Shown: one piece after another, positions 11,901 through 21,258 of the stretch
Layout of the letters: each line of letters starts with the position of its first letter
Numbering within the stretch: the first letter of the stretch is position 1
NCBI GenBank assembly: GCA_031267755.1
Contig: JAIRYP010000002.1
Span: 6,306-70,305 of the forward strand
Length of the DNA stretch: 64,000 nucleotides
Source: Clostridiales bacterium
GTDB taxonomy: Bacteria; Bacillota; Clostridia; Monoglobales; JAIRYP01
Direction of reading: 5' to 3'
The notes under the pieces: model-generated
Told to the model about the DNA's origin: nothing
The model's input: only the letters and a program-made list of their open reading frames with translations
The model's database searches: none
Made by a program: the position numbers and the translations under genes

Positions 11901-12065
11901 ACATATTGAAAGTGAATTTTCATTTATGTCATCAATCAACCATTTAGGAAAATTATCAAACATTATATTATAAAAAAAGCGGCTTTGTGCTCTTCCATCT
12001 TTATCGGCCCAATCACCACTTAAAAATCTTTCATCCCAGTATTTTTCGGAATTTATTTCATTCAT
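8952..12065 (-). CDS. SAM methyltransferase - coiled coil - two GT2 domains fusion (surface glycan synthesis)
   Basis: N-terminal DLGSAEG and SNVLEH; degenerate middle GT2 (SILKQTYENFELI); C-terminal GT2 (VSVIICTY, GLSYARN, FLDDD). Confidence 0.8.
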   Translation of the reverse strand: MNEINSEKYWDERFLSGDWADKDGRAQSRFFYNIMFDNFPKWLIDDINENSLSICDLGSAEGEGVYIFDNKFKNSKVSGCDFSNEAIKNAKKNFKQCDFFCADMNNLERQYDVFLLSNVLEHFEHPQEIVKKLIPFCKKYLIILVPFREFERIDEHFYTFVYDSFFLKIENFLLVYHKEINCKDFSNSYWNGYQLFIIYENIEFKDFESLTLEKSNNKNFDRIICLDNDIFKKNEVISNLRKNITKILSEKDNLVFCLKDEVEEHKNAIMQIQFEAMQFKQASLDAKETYIWKTGAKIEKFFKRTGIYLIRSMLETLEFKRVGFFLSLRKILNEIFERKKIKTKEKMLISNSKFEFINNTLKSNIVFKDINFFHGQKLVSIVLKIDFRTDVGETIESILKQTYENFELILLFENLFEENLKYVDFYEKMDTRIILGKNLSDLNNVHLTGEYVTWFEPGMILDKNCIESFVKEFEKEDKVGILYSGVLVIEKRKQEKLINSCLGSNINKFVESGFSYGIFMYRTQIDVITGYDLIKNFVKRYCYLENINSLFHSKFLKTKLKLCKFFCNKNIVEQNKPTFKYDQNFFSTPTIWLILAKNTTDKICDEFIKSAQKRFDIIINYKDFQILKKTLSNSVHCIYFKNRDYEQINDKAINCLTKIVISDKSSVNKNIKNEEKIFNFSVTEENKFYEFFSLKKNYYIEDFETFFLFLSSRAKFIEKNCFEEKIKNIVYEFKVSVIICTYKRKDKLCDAVWSVVRQSLSKKDYEIIIVDNSPLCSDAEEIAAYFKLKYSEFEGFIKYITVLPEGLSYARNEGIRKARGEFLLFLDDDILADYHLIEEVFSTFKYHENAGVVGGQIILDVPFPRPEVIKRGFESLWSQFKVQYSTYKAITQHFELPFGANYAVRRSVALQVGGFDTSYGRIGNDFSGGEEIVFSFKAMQMGYEVGVQPRSKVLHRIDIKRFDKEHVKKTVKSIIFTMYKLQQDVYVEKRWTKKYVKNQISIIKKEISLFKKKNINNIDIFYKKCFLGAWKELFKVI

Positions 12066-13413
12066 TCTTCACCTCTACATCAAACAAAACATTAAAAATT
12101 CCATAATGCTCCTTTTCTGAAATAACTTTAAAATATAAAGCACCCTCGATGTAATCATAATAAACTATTGGCTTTTCGCTTCTGTTTTCAAGTGACGCGA
12201 CAAACACATACTCGCCAACATTTAAAAAAATTGGAAATTTAAAAATCACTTCAATTACATTCTTTTGACTGCAATTTTCAACCTGAAAACCATTCAAAAG
12301 AATACCTTTATCAAAAGTAGATAAAACAAACAAATCAAGTCCAGCCTTATTTTTGGCTCCAAGAGACACCGCAATGTTTCTATCAATATCATCTGGAACT
12401 TCTAAAATAATTTTAACTTCAATAAAATCTCCGATTAAAAAAACAAGACACGAAACATCATTTTTATAACTTTCAACACTTTTAATAAGCCCAATATTCG
12501 AACCAAATCTATTTATAGGAACAACTTTATCTTTATCGAAATTCTTGATGGTTCCATCTTTATTCTCACAAAATCCATTTAAAAATAAAGTGTTGTTTGT
12601 CACAAACTCCATGTATTTCGAGGTTACATAAAGAACTTCCCCATCCAAAATTTTTTCCCCTTTATCAATCCAAATCGCTCTTGTGCAAAAACGCCTCACA
12701 GCATCTATATCGTGAGTAACAAATAAAATTGTTTTTCCGCTTTTTTTAAATGTTTCAAATTTTTTATAGCATTTAGCCTGAAATCTATAATCACCAACCG
12801 ATAATGCTTCATCAACAATTAATATTTCAGGCTCTACGCTTATGGCGCTGGCAAAAGCAAGACGCACAAACATCCCGCTTGAATATGTTCTAACAGGCTG
12901 AACTGCAAAATCACCAATTTCGGCAAAATTCAAAATTTCAGTAATTCTTTCATCAATTTGTTTTCTGCTAAGACCATATATCATTCCATTCAAATAAATA
13001 TTTTGAATTCCAGTATAATCAGGATTGAAACCTGCGCCAAGTTCAAGCAACGCTGAAACTTTGCCTTTTATATTAATTGTTCCAGAGGACTGAACTAAAA
13101 TACCCGCTAAAATTTTAAGAATCGTTGATTTGCCTGACCCATTTCTACCAATTATTCCAACTGTCTCGCCTTTTTTAATTATAAAATTGATGTCTGATAG
13201 TGCACAAAAACTTTGAATAAGTTTTTTAGGGCTTTTAGAAAAAAACAATATATCGATCAATCTATCAAGTGGCCTCTTATAAAGTCTATAAAACTTATGT
13301 ATGCTTTGAACTTTTATTATATAATCAGACTCTTCGGCTTTATCGTTTTTAAAATCTTCGATTTTATTATTGTTTTTTATATTAGAATTAAACTTTTTAA
13401 AAACATTATGCAT
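12058..13413 (-). CDS. wzt: Wzt/TagH-type polysaccharide ABC exporter ATPase with C-terminal Wzt_C-like domain
   Basis: GRNGSGKST, YSSGM and DEALSVGD motifs, plus a long C-terminal extension. Confidence 0.88.
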   Translation of the reverse strand: MHNVFKKFNSNIKNNNKIEDFKNDKAEESDYIIKVQSIHKFYRLYKRPLDRLIDILFFSKSPKKLIQSFCALSDINFIIKKGETVGIIGRNGSGKSTILKILAGILVQSSGTINIKGKVSALLELGAGFNPDYTGIQNIYLNGMIYGLSRKQIDERITEILNFAEIGDFAVQPVRTYSSGMFVRLAFASAISVEPEILIVDEALSVGDYRFQAKCYKKFETFKKSGKTILFVTHDIDAVRRFCTRAIWIDKGEKILDGEVLYVTSKYMEFVTNNTLFLNGFCENKDGTIKNFDKDKVVPINRFGSNIGLIKSVESYKNDVSCLVFLIGDFIEVKIILEVPDDIDRNIAVSLGAKNKAGLDLFVLSTFDKGILLNGFQVENCSQKNVIEVIFKFPIFLNVGEYVFVASLENRSEKPIVYYDYIEGALYFKVISEKEHYGIFNVLFDVEVKNE

Positions 13414-13477
13414 AATACAAAAACCTTAATTTTCACTTATTTCATCTAAAAATTAACTTACTAACTATAAAACAAAA

Positions 13478-13553
13478 TGGCAGGAGTAGTAGGAATCGAA
13501 CCTACGACAGGCGGTTTTGGAGACCGCTACTCTACCAACTGAGTTATACTCCT
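13478..13553 (-). tRNA. tRNA-Trp (CCA)
   Basis: Reverse complement AGGAGTATAACTCAGTTGGTAGAGTAGCGGTCTCCAAAACCGCCTGTCGTAGGTTCGATTCCTACTACTCCTGCCA folds as a cloverleaf with anticodon CCA and an encoded 3' CCA. Confidence 0.97.
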
Positions 13554-13637
13554 ATACACAAAATTATATAATAAGACTTTTCAACAAAACGTCAATATCT
13601 GTTATATAAAACTTAAAATTACATTGAGCCACAAACA

Positions 13638-14804
13638 TCACTTATAACACTTGTCAAGTACGCTTTCAATTGTTTTTATATATTCTATTTTTTTTGAAAG
13701 ATACTCAAGATTTTTACCCAAAGAATCCGCCCTTTGAAGTTTTAATAACCTTTTGAACTGAGTAATTCCACCAACTGCATGTACTGCATTTTTTATTGAA
13801 TCAAAATCAATATCAAATACAGCATCATGAAACTCAATAAGTTTCATCACCTTTCTTCTAATTTTAAAACCATATCCAAGTCTCAACATTATCTCGTTTG
13901 CCATTACACAGGAAACAATTTGATGATCTTTAAAGTGAACCGTTTCACCATGCTTAATTCCTATTTTAATTTTTCCAAAATCATGAAAAAACGCACTAAG
14001 CCTCAACTCCAAACCTGGTTCAATATTCCTAAGAACCTCCATAATATGATCGCCTACATTAAAAATATGATATTTTGAAGTTTGTTCAACACAAAAACAC
14101 TCCGCAAAACCAGGCACAATATATTTATCAAGTCCAGTTTCAACCAATAATTTCATCTTTTGAGGAAAATCACTCAACAACATTTTATCAAACTCACTTC
14201 TAATTAAACTAACCTCCAAATTTTGAATTAAATAAGAACTTTTCTTAATTTCAAATTTAATCTCTTCGTTCAATTCAAAACCACACTGACACCCAAATCT
14301 CACGGCTCTTAGCATTCGTAAATAATCTTCACAAAATCTATTCTGCGCCTTTCCAATGACTTTTATAATTTTTAAATTTATATCCTTAATACCTCCAAAA
14401 ATATCCCTTAAACCTTCTTTATCGTTATACGCTAAGGCATTCATTGTAAAATCTCGTCTTTTCAAATCTTCATCTAAATTATCAACAAAAAAAACACTCT
14501 CGGGATGCCTTCCATCCACATAATTCTTATCAATTCTGTATGTAGCAACTTCTACTTTTTGGCCATTTAAAAACACAGTAATAGCTCCGTATTTAAGACC
14601 TATTTCACTGCAACAATCAAACATTTCTTTCACGTCTTCGGGCCTTGCATTTGTAATGACATCCCAATCTTTTGGGGTTACGTTTAAAATGCTATCGCGC
14701 ACACACCCACCAACAATATAAGCTTCGAAGTCTCTTCGCTTAATTTCATCCATTATCTTTTTCACATAATGTGGAATTTCAATTTTAAACTCACTCACGA
14801 ACAA
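13638..14804 (-). CDS. cca: CCA tRNA nucleotidyltransferase (HD domain)
   Basis: VGGCVRD, DWD, RRDFTMNA, EDYLRMLR and FHDFGK motifs. Confidence 0.9.
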   Translation of the reverse strand: MFVSEFKIEIPHYVKKIMDEIKRRDFEAYIVGGCVRDSILNVTPKDWDVITNARPEDVKEMFDCCSEIGLKYGAITVFLNGQKVEVATYRIDKNYVDGRHPESVFFVDNLDEDLKRRDFTMNALAYNDKEGLRDIFGGIKDINLKIIKVIGKAQNRFCEDYLRMLRAVRFGCQCGFELNEEIKFEIKKSSYLIQNLEVSLIRSEFDKMLLSDFPQKMKLLVETGLDKYIVPGFAECFCVEQTSKYHIFNVGDHIMEVLRNIEPGLELRLSAFFHDFGKIKIGIKHGETVHFKDHQIVSCVMANEIMLRLGYGFKIRRKVMKLIEFHDAVFDIDFDSIKNAVHAVGGITQFKRLLKLQRADSLGKNLEYLSKKIEYIKTIESVLDKCYK

Positions 14805-16033
14805 TCATTCTTTAACAAATCATTTTCTACAACGCATAATTCTTCTAAAAAATCACACAAATCCCTTGTTGAATTAGGTTTAGCGAGACCAAGTGAAGCT
14901 TCTTTCATAGCCTTAAATCTTCTCTCATTTGTAAACAATTGATAAATTGCCTCATCAATCGGAAAGGTTTTGCTGGTTTTTATCGCAGCGCCATTATTTA
15001 ACAAAAATTCAGTATTCCTATCTTCATGTCCGGGTATTGGACTTATAATTATCATGGGCAATCCTTTTGATAGACTTTCGCTTGTCGTAACTCCGCCCGG
15101 TTTTGCAATTATAAAATCAGAAGCGTCCATAAAAACTTCCATGTTATCTACAAAACCTTTGATATATATCTTTTTAGAGCATTCCAGCTTTTCGATTCGT
15201 TTTTTCAACTTTTCATTTAATCCACACACAACAACAATTTGAAAATCCTGCGAAGAACAAACAATTTCCTTAATTGATTTTAAAACTTCCCCATAACCCG
15301 CACCCCCCGTCGTAATAAGCGCAGTACGTTTGTCTTCAATTCCAATCATATCTCTTGCAATTTTTTTATCCAAAATCTTAGTAAACTTAACATCAATAGG
15401 GATACCAAAAGGCTTTATTTTTTGAGCCTCAATTCCTCTCTTTTTTGCACAATTTTCAAACTGTTCGCTTGCAACAACATAATAATCAACAAGTACATTT
15501 TCCCAATATGGATGAATTGTAAAATCAGTTATTACACCAACATTAATAATTCTCTTAAACAAACTTTCTATATTTTTTCTTTCTAAATTTCTTTTTTGTT
15601 TTTGCCCAACTTTAAAATTTATTGTGTCATAAATTTTACCCCCCAAAAAACTCTTAGACGCTTTAAAAATTTCCGTCACAAACTGCGCCGCAAATACATG
15701 CGTGTATATAACCACATCAGGACTGTTTTCCAACATACAACCAATAATTTTCTGCGCAAGAAAAATATTGGTAATTTTAAAAATAATATCTATGCGTTCT
15801 CCGTTTTTTTCAACCCTTCCATAAAGCTTTCCATATAAATTTGAAAGATACTTTGTGGAAAATAAATAACCATTTGAAAGATATCTTTGAAAATTTCGAT
15901 TTACGTATCCGAATATATCTATGATTTTACAAAAAATATTCTTATTGCTATAATATTTTTTAATCGAATCTGCCACTTGATTGTGTCCTTTTCCCACAGT
16001 GACGGTAAAAATTAAAACCTTAATCTCAATCAC
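14795..16033 (-). CDS. MGDG synthase / UgtP-like glycosyltransferase (GT28)
   Basis: GKGH, THVF, VITDF, GIPI, KPGG and PIPGHE motifs. Confidence 0.87.
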   Translation of the reverse strand: MIEIKVLIFTVTVGKGHNQVADSIKKYYSNKNIFCKIIDIFGYVNRNFQRYLSNGYLFSTKYLSNLYGKLYGRVEKNGERIDIIFKITNIFLAQKIIGCMLENSPDVVIYTHVFAAQFVTEIFKASKSFLGGKIYDTINFKVGQKQKRNLERKNIESLFKRIINVGVITDFTIHPYWENVLVDYYVVASEQFENCAKKRGIEAQKIKPFGIPIDVKFTKILDKKIARDMIGIEDKRTALITTGGAGYGEVLKSIKEIVCSSQDFQIVVVCGLNEKLKKRIEKLECSKKIYIKGFVDNMEVFMDASDFIIAKPGGVTTSESLSKGLPMIIISPIPGHEDRNTEFLLNNGAAIKTSKTFPIDEAIYQLFTNERRFKAMKEASLGLAKPNSTRDLCDFLEELCVVENDLLKNDCS

Positions 16034-16198
16034 ATCTTTTCTTTATTAAAAAATAATAATTAAATTTTTATACATAAATAACATTAATTCTACTATTTTT
16101 CAATATTCAATTTAATTTTTAAAATTTTTATGTTATAATGTCTTTCAAATTTAAATTTGCATAATACAATTATTTAAAAATAAAAGAGGTTAAATAAT

Positions 16199-19100
16199 AT
16201 GAACAGATCACCCCTTGAATCAAAAACAATAAAATCTTCAATAGATGTTTTTTTGAAACAAAAAAATGAACAAATAATAAATTTTTTTAAAAATTTTTCA
16301 AGTAGGACACGTATTGTTTCTGGTGGAAAAGATGCAACAGAAGAAGATAAAATTATTGCAGCTATTTTTAATAAATTCTCTGGAATCACGCATGAAGCTG
16401 ATTTTTTTGAAGAATTTTTAATGAATTCAAACGAACAAAATATTACAAATTTAAACACGAAACTTACAAAAAATGATGATGATACTTCAAAAACGGCTGT
16501 ATCGATGCTAGTTTTATTTTATATTTTTAAAAATTCTAAAAACCCAAAAATATTAAATCTATTAACGATGGATCCAACAAAACATAATAGCAGCAAACAA
16601 TTATCGTCAGAATATTGCAATATGTTATTAGAGATTAGATCTGATATTATAAATTCATTATCCGAAGTCGTAGATAAAGTAAGACTGGGGGATTCGGAAC
16701 ATTTTTATAGCGCAGAAGCTTTAAAAGAATCTTTTAAAACTAAAGAACTACTAATATTAAAATGTTTTGCAATAATTTATGAAGTACCAGTTTCATTAAT
16801 TAATGCAGCCGAAAAATTAATCTCTAACACAGAAGTTGAAGAAGAAAAAATGAAAATCATAAATACAATTTTTAAATACTTACCGGAAATAAAAAATGCA
16901 AATTTAACAGAAGTTCAAATAAAAAATGCTATTTCGACAATCTCGTTAATGGATTTTCTTGCTGAAGATATAATTATATTAATCAATGAAAACGTACAAA
17001 GTGTTCCGGAAAAAATTTATAAAGTATTAGATAATTGTACTTTACCTAAAGATTTTTTACAAAATAATACAGCAAATAATTTAAAATTTAGATCGGCATT
17101 TAAAATGTTTTCAAAATTTGATGGTCTTTTCGAAAAAGACAACGAAAAATTAAAAATTGTTATAGATCTTTTAAAATATTTAACGGAAAACAATATTGAG
17201 CTTGATCAAAGAAGTTTTAATTTTGCAATACGCGCTTTAATTTGTTATGCAGGAGATTTGGCAACCTTTAATATTAAAAAAGCATATGACTTCGCTTCTT
17301 CAAATGAAATTCCAGAAAATAATTTTGAAAATGCAATAAAGATTTTTTTAAATCCAAATTTTAACAGTGAAAATGAAAATTTTTACTTACAAATTTTAAA
17401 ATTTAAAATAGATTTATCAAATAGTGAAAATAGGGAATTATGCGATGAAATAGTAAACAAAAAAATGAAAGCTCTTAGTGAAGTAAATAGTCCAGAAACT
17501 ATTTCAGAAATATCTATTGGAGAAGAGAATATCCAAAAAATCCAAACAATACAAAAAGAACTCAGTAAACTAATAAACGGAAATGATTCACTCAAAAGAA
17601 AAATTTTTGTTAGCATTGAAGAAATAAGCGAAATAGAAACTTTGTTTAAAAAACAAAATAAATCTCATCAAAGCGCAAATCTTTTAGGGATAGTTTTAAA
17701 AGATGATTTAGACGGAATAATAGAAGATTCAGAAGATTTTGCAAATAACAATAGAGACTTGGAAAAAAGTGTACAAGAAGCAATTGATAATAATCCTGGA
17801 AAAACATTAACAGAATTTAATAATAATAAAGAAAAATATGACTATCAAGAAATTAATATTGACAGTGGGTGGGGGGGAACAAAAAAAATTTATATCAGAA
17901 CTAACAAGGATTTTTCTGCAGAAAAAGGATTATGGGAGGAAGAAACAACAAGGAAAATTATTGAATTAAATCACGAAATCGAAATAGAAAAAAACGAACC
18001 ACAAAATTTAAACCCATTATTACCAGAAAATGAAAGAAAATTTCCTCCAATTTTAGCAAACTTATCTATACTTTCTAAACAATATAAATTATTATGTATG
18101 ACAATAGTTAATAAAAAACAAATTGAACTGGGAAACGAAGAAAGTGTGAATCAAGCACTCAAAACAGTAAACACTAGAGAAAATTTTATTACTTCATGTG
18201 AAATAAAAATAAGTGAAACCAAAATAGATATTCTTGCAACTTTAGAAAAAATTAAAACAGTAGGATTTATTCTTGAAGCAAATGAAATAAACAAAATTTT
18301 AAATGATCTTGATCAAATAAAAAAGGTTGATGATGCAAAAAAAACTTTAAAAGATTTAGAAGATTGTTTTAAAAAAATATTTCAAACAATGGAAGAAGAG
18401 ATCAGGGAAATTTTAATAAATTACGATAAAGAGGTAGCTCGTATAAGAACAGAATTTAATCAAAAAAAATCTATAATTGATGAAATTAAAACTTTTAATC
18501 CGAATTTAATTAAACATATTGAAGCTATATTTCAAGCAAAAATAGAAAACAAAGTTAGAATTATTTTATATAATAAAATAATAAGTAGAGAAAAATTTGA
18601 TTTACCTGAAACAATAAAAGCACTAGAACAAGGTGTCGAATTAGAAAACATTGAAAAACACTTTAAAGAAATGGAAAAAAAGAAAAAAAGATTCATAGCC
18701 AAATTTGAAAAAGAATATGGTTCGACAACGAAAGAAGTAGAACCAAAATCTCTTAATGAAATTTATGCTGCTCAATTCGTTAAAAAAGAGTACTCAGAAA
18801 AAGTTCATGAAAAGCTAAAATGGATCACTTTATCAGGAGTTCCGAAGACTTTAGCATCAATAGGATTGGGTCCAGGAACAGAAGTATATGAACATTTTGG
18901 GGAAATAATAAAAGATAAGAAAATGAGACATGCTGAAATCCCTAATCTTAAAAGAATTTTTGGGCTTTTGAATTGGGCTTCATCAGATGAAGAGATTTAT
19001 GAACAATTTGAAAGAATTCTTTATGATGAAAATAAAGATTTTTGTGATCTTTGCTCATATTTAAAATTTTTTTCACTAACGCCAAAAAAACCGCCTCCCA

Positions 19101-19663
19101 CAATCGATCCACCGATTTCTCCAAAAGAAACACCAACCGAAGAATCATCAAGCGAAGAATCATCAACCGAAGAATCGTCAATCGAACATGAATCAAAATC
19201 TTTAGAGGAAATAGAAGAGCCCGAAGACCTTCTAAAAAAACCTGTAGAAGAATTTAAAACATTAACGGGCTCCGAAAAAGAAAGAGAAAAAGAAGAAGAA
19301 ACGACGAATCCAACAGAAGAAAAAAAAGAAACTGAGAAAAAAACAGAGCAAACGCTTAATTTTGCAGTATTATTCGTTGCCACAGCAGCGATTACATTTG
19401 CTTTAATAATTGCAGCCCTTCTTACCCCCCCATTATTCGTTCCACTTTTAGCAACTGGCAGTGTTGTTGGGGCCGGTTCAGTTGTGACGGGTGGAAAAAC
19501 AATCTATGATAAAGTTACTAAAAAATCGGAAAAAACAACTGAAGATGATGATTCAGATAACGAAAGAACACGTGACAGTTTTGATGATCCTTCTCGATCA
19601 GTACAAACAACTACCTGGGCAGAAAAAACAGAAAAGGAAGCGCAAAGACTATTAAATAAATAA
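16199..19663 (+). CDS. orphan 1154-aa helical/coiled-coil protein with C-terminal hydrophobic hairpin
   Basis: Long open frame with AAGAGG SD. No recognisable domain. Pro-rich/acidic linker, then a ~45-aa hydrophobic segment and an acidic tail. Confidence 0.8.
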   Translation: MNRSPLESKTIKSSIDVFLKQKNEQIINFFKNFSSRTRIVSGGKDATEEDKIIAAIFNKFSGITHEADFFEEFLMNSNEQNITNLNTKLTKNDDDTSKTAVSMLVLFYIFKNSKNPKILNLLTMDPTKHNSSKQLSSEYCNMLLEIRSDIINSLSEVVDKVRLGDSEHFYSAEALKESFKTKELLILKCFAIIYEVPVSLINAAEKLISNTEVEEEKMKIINTIFKYLPEIKNANLTEVQIKNAISTISLMDFLAEDIIILINENVQSVPEKIYKVLDNCTLPKDFLQNNTANNLKFRSAFKMFSKFDGLFEKDNEKLKIVIDLLKYLTENNIELDQRSFNFAIRALICYAGDLATFNIKKAYDFASSNEIPENNFENAIKIFLNPNFNSENENFYLQILKFKIDLSNSENRELCDEIVNKKMKALSEVNSPETISEISIGEENIQKIQTIQKELSKLINGNDSLKRKIFVSIEEISEIETLFKKQNKSHQSANLLGIVLKDDLDGIIEDSEDFANNNRDLEKSVQEAIDNNPGKTLTEFNNNKEKYDYQEINIDSGWGGTKKIYIRTNKDFSAEKGLWEEETTRKIIELNHEIEIEKNEPQNLNPLLPENERKFPPILANLSILSKQYKLLCMTIVNKKQIELGNEESVNQALKTVNTRENFITSCEIKISETKIDILATLEKIKTVGFILEANEINKILNDLDQIKKVDDAKKTLKDLEDCFKKIFQTMEEEIREILINYDKEVARIRTEFNQKKSIIDEIKTFNPNLIKHIEAIFQAKIENKVRIILYNKIISREKFDLPETIKALEQGVELENIEKHFKEMEKKKKRFIAKFEKEYGSTTKEVEPKSLNEIYAAQFVKKEYSEKVHEKLKWITLSGVPKTLASIGLGPGTEVYEHFGEIIKDKKMRHAEIPNLKRIFGLLNWASSDEEIYEQFERILYDENKDFCDLCSYLKFFSLTPKKPPPTIDPPISPKETPTEESSSEESSTEESSIEHESKSLEEIEEPEDLLKKPVEEFKTLTGSEKEREKEEETTNPTEEKKETEKKTEQTLNFAVLFVATAAITFALIIAALLTPPLFVPLLATGSVVGAGSVVTGGKTIYDKVTKKSEKTTEDDDSDNERTRDSFDDPSRSVQTTTWAEKTEKEAQRLLNK
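19136..19195 (+). repeat. 15-bp in-frame tandem repeat (TEESS/SEESS/TEESS/IEHES)
   Basis: accgaagaatcatca agcgaagaatcatca accgaagaatcgtca atcgaacatgaatca. Confidence 0.85.
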
Positions 19664-19708
19664 CGAAAATTAATATCTCTTATAATTTAAAATTATTTTA
19701 CAATTAAA

Positions 19709-19748
19709 ATAAAAAACACCTCCATTTAAATTAATAGGTGTTTTTTAT
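19709..19748. terminator. probable bidirectional intrinsic terminator
   Basis: Inverted repeat ataaaaaacacct...aggtgttttttat between convergent genes. Confidence 0.75.
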
Positions 19749-19866
19749 TAATTTTATGTAAAGTTCAAGTTATTGTTTTAATACAAAACCTTAAATAAAA
19801 TTTATTTATTATTTTTAAAGAATGAAATATTTTTTTAATTAAAAGAACTTCAAACAAAAGTTAAAG

Positions 19867-21126
19867 CTATAAAATTTTTATGATCTTCGCCAAATACAAT
19901 GAACCAGTACAACAAATTATATCCTCGGTTTTGGAATTATTTACACAAGCTTTAAATCCATTAAAAGCATTATTGAATGAAAAAATTGGCAAATTATATT
20001 TTTTAAGATGTAAAGATAAAAAATTTGCATCCAAGGAACGATGATTATTTAAATTTACAACATAAAAACATTTTGCGATTGAAGCTAATAATTTAAACAT
20101 TAAAGAATAACTTTTATCACGCAAAACACCAACAACAAAACTTATTTTTTTTTCTAAAAAATAAAATTTTAAATTATCAACTAAAATTTCAATACCTTGA
20201 AGATTATGAGCTCCATCTAAAATTATAAATGGATTTGTATTAATAATTTCAAACCTAAACGGCCACTTAACGTTTTTAAGACCGCTACATAAACTACTGT
20301 CAGTCACGTTCCAAACTTTTTTAGCTTTTAAAACTTCCAATGCCTTAATTGCCGTACATGCATTTTTAATTTGATGAATTCCAAGTAATTTTATAGTTAT
20401 CTCTGGATGATTGGGCACAACAAATGTGCTACTTTCCAAATCAATTTTCTTAATATCAATCTCTGAAAAATTAACGTTCCAAATTTTCGATCCAGTTTCA
20501 AAACATTTTTTCTTTATAACTTCATAAACACTCTTTTCTTGCTCATAAACTACAACATCTGAATTATTTTTGATTATTCCAGCTTTTTCCGATGCAATTT
20601 GAACCAGAGAATTTCCAAGTATTTCCGTGTGATCGTAACTTATTGAAGAAATCACCGCAACTTCAGAAAAATCAATAACATTAGTTGAATCGTAAAAACC
20701 TCCTAAACCCGCCTCCAAAACAACAACGTCACATTTCTTTTGAAAAAAATATTCAAAACCAATAGCGGTCAAAAATTCAAATTCAGTAACTTTATCTTCA
20801 ATAAAATTTACAAACTTTTTTACATCGCACATTGTTTTCGAAAGCTCTTCGTTGTCAATGCATTCGCCGTTTATCTGAAATCTCTCATTGATTTTATACA
20901 AATGAGGCGAAGTAAATAAACCGGTTTTATAACCCGACTCAATCAATACTTGGGAAATCATAGACGAAATTGAACCTTTTCCATTAGTTCCCGCGATATG
21001 TATAAATTTCAATTTTTTTTGAGGATTACCAATAAACTCAAGCAACTGTTTAATTCGCTCGAGCCCTGGTTTAATTCCAAATTTACTAAGACTATTTATA
21101 AATTTAAAAGAATTCAAAAAACTCAA
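19867..21126 (-). CDS. folC: folylpolyglutamate synthase/dihydrofolate synthase
   Basis: HIAGTNGKGS, FTSPHL, EAGLGG, LDGAHN and TGSLY motifs. Confidence 0.93.
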   Translation of the reverse strand: MSFLNSFKFINSLSKFGIKPGLERIKQLLEFIGNPQKKLKFIHIAGTNGKGSISSMISQVLIESGYKTGLFTSPHLYKINERFQINGECIDNEELSKTMCDVKKFVNFIEDKVTEFEFLTAIGFEYFFQKKCDVVVLEAGLGGFYDSTNVIDFSEVAVISSISYDHTEILGNSLVQIASEKAGIIKNNSDVVVYEQEKSVYEVIKKKCFETGSKIWNVNFSEIDIKKIDLESSTFVVPNHPEITIKLLGIHQIKNACTAIKALEVLKAKKVWNVTDSSLCSGLKNVKWPFRFEIINTNPFIILDGAHNLQGIEILVDNLKFYFLEKKISFVVGVLRDKSYSLMFKLLASIAKCFYVVNLNNHRSLDANFLSLHLKKYNLPIFSFNNAFNGFKACVNNSKTEDIICCTGSLYLAKIIKIL

Positions 21127-21258
21127 ACCGCAAAAACCTCATTTTCGAGATTTTAAAATGAATCTAAAATAATCACTTTTATATTTAAGCCAAAATTATA
21201 AACAATTTTAAAGTGCATAATAAAAATTCATAAAATCTCAAAATAAACATTCGTTATT

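Noticed and set aside
13414-13553. Integrative element at tRNA-Trp
   Set aside because: No integrase and no duplicated tRNA 3' end was seen in the window.
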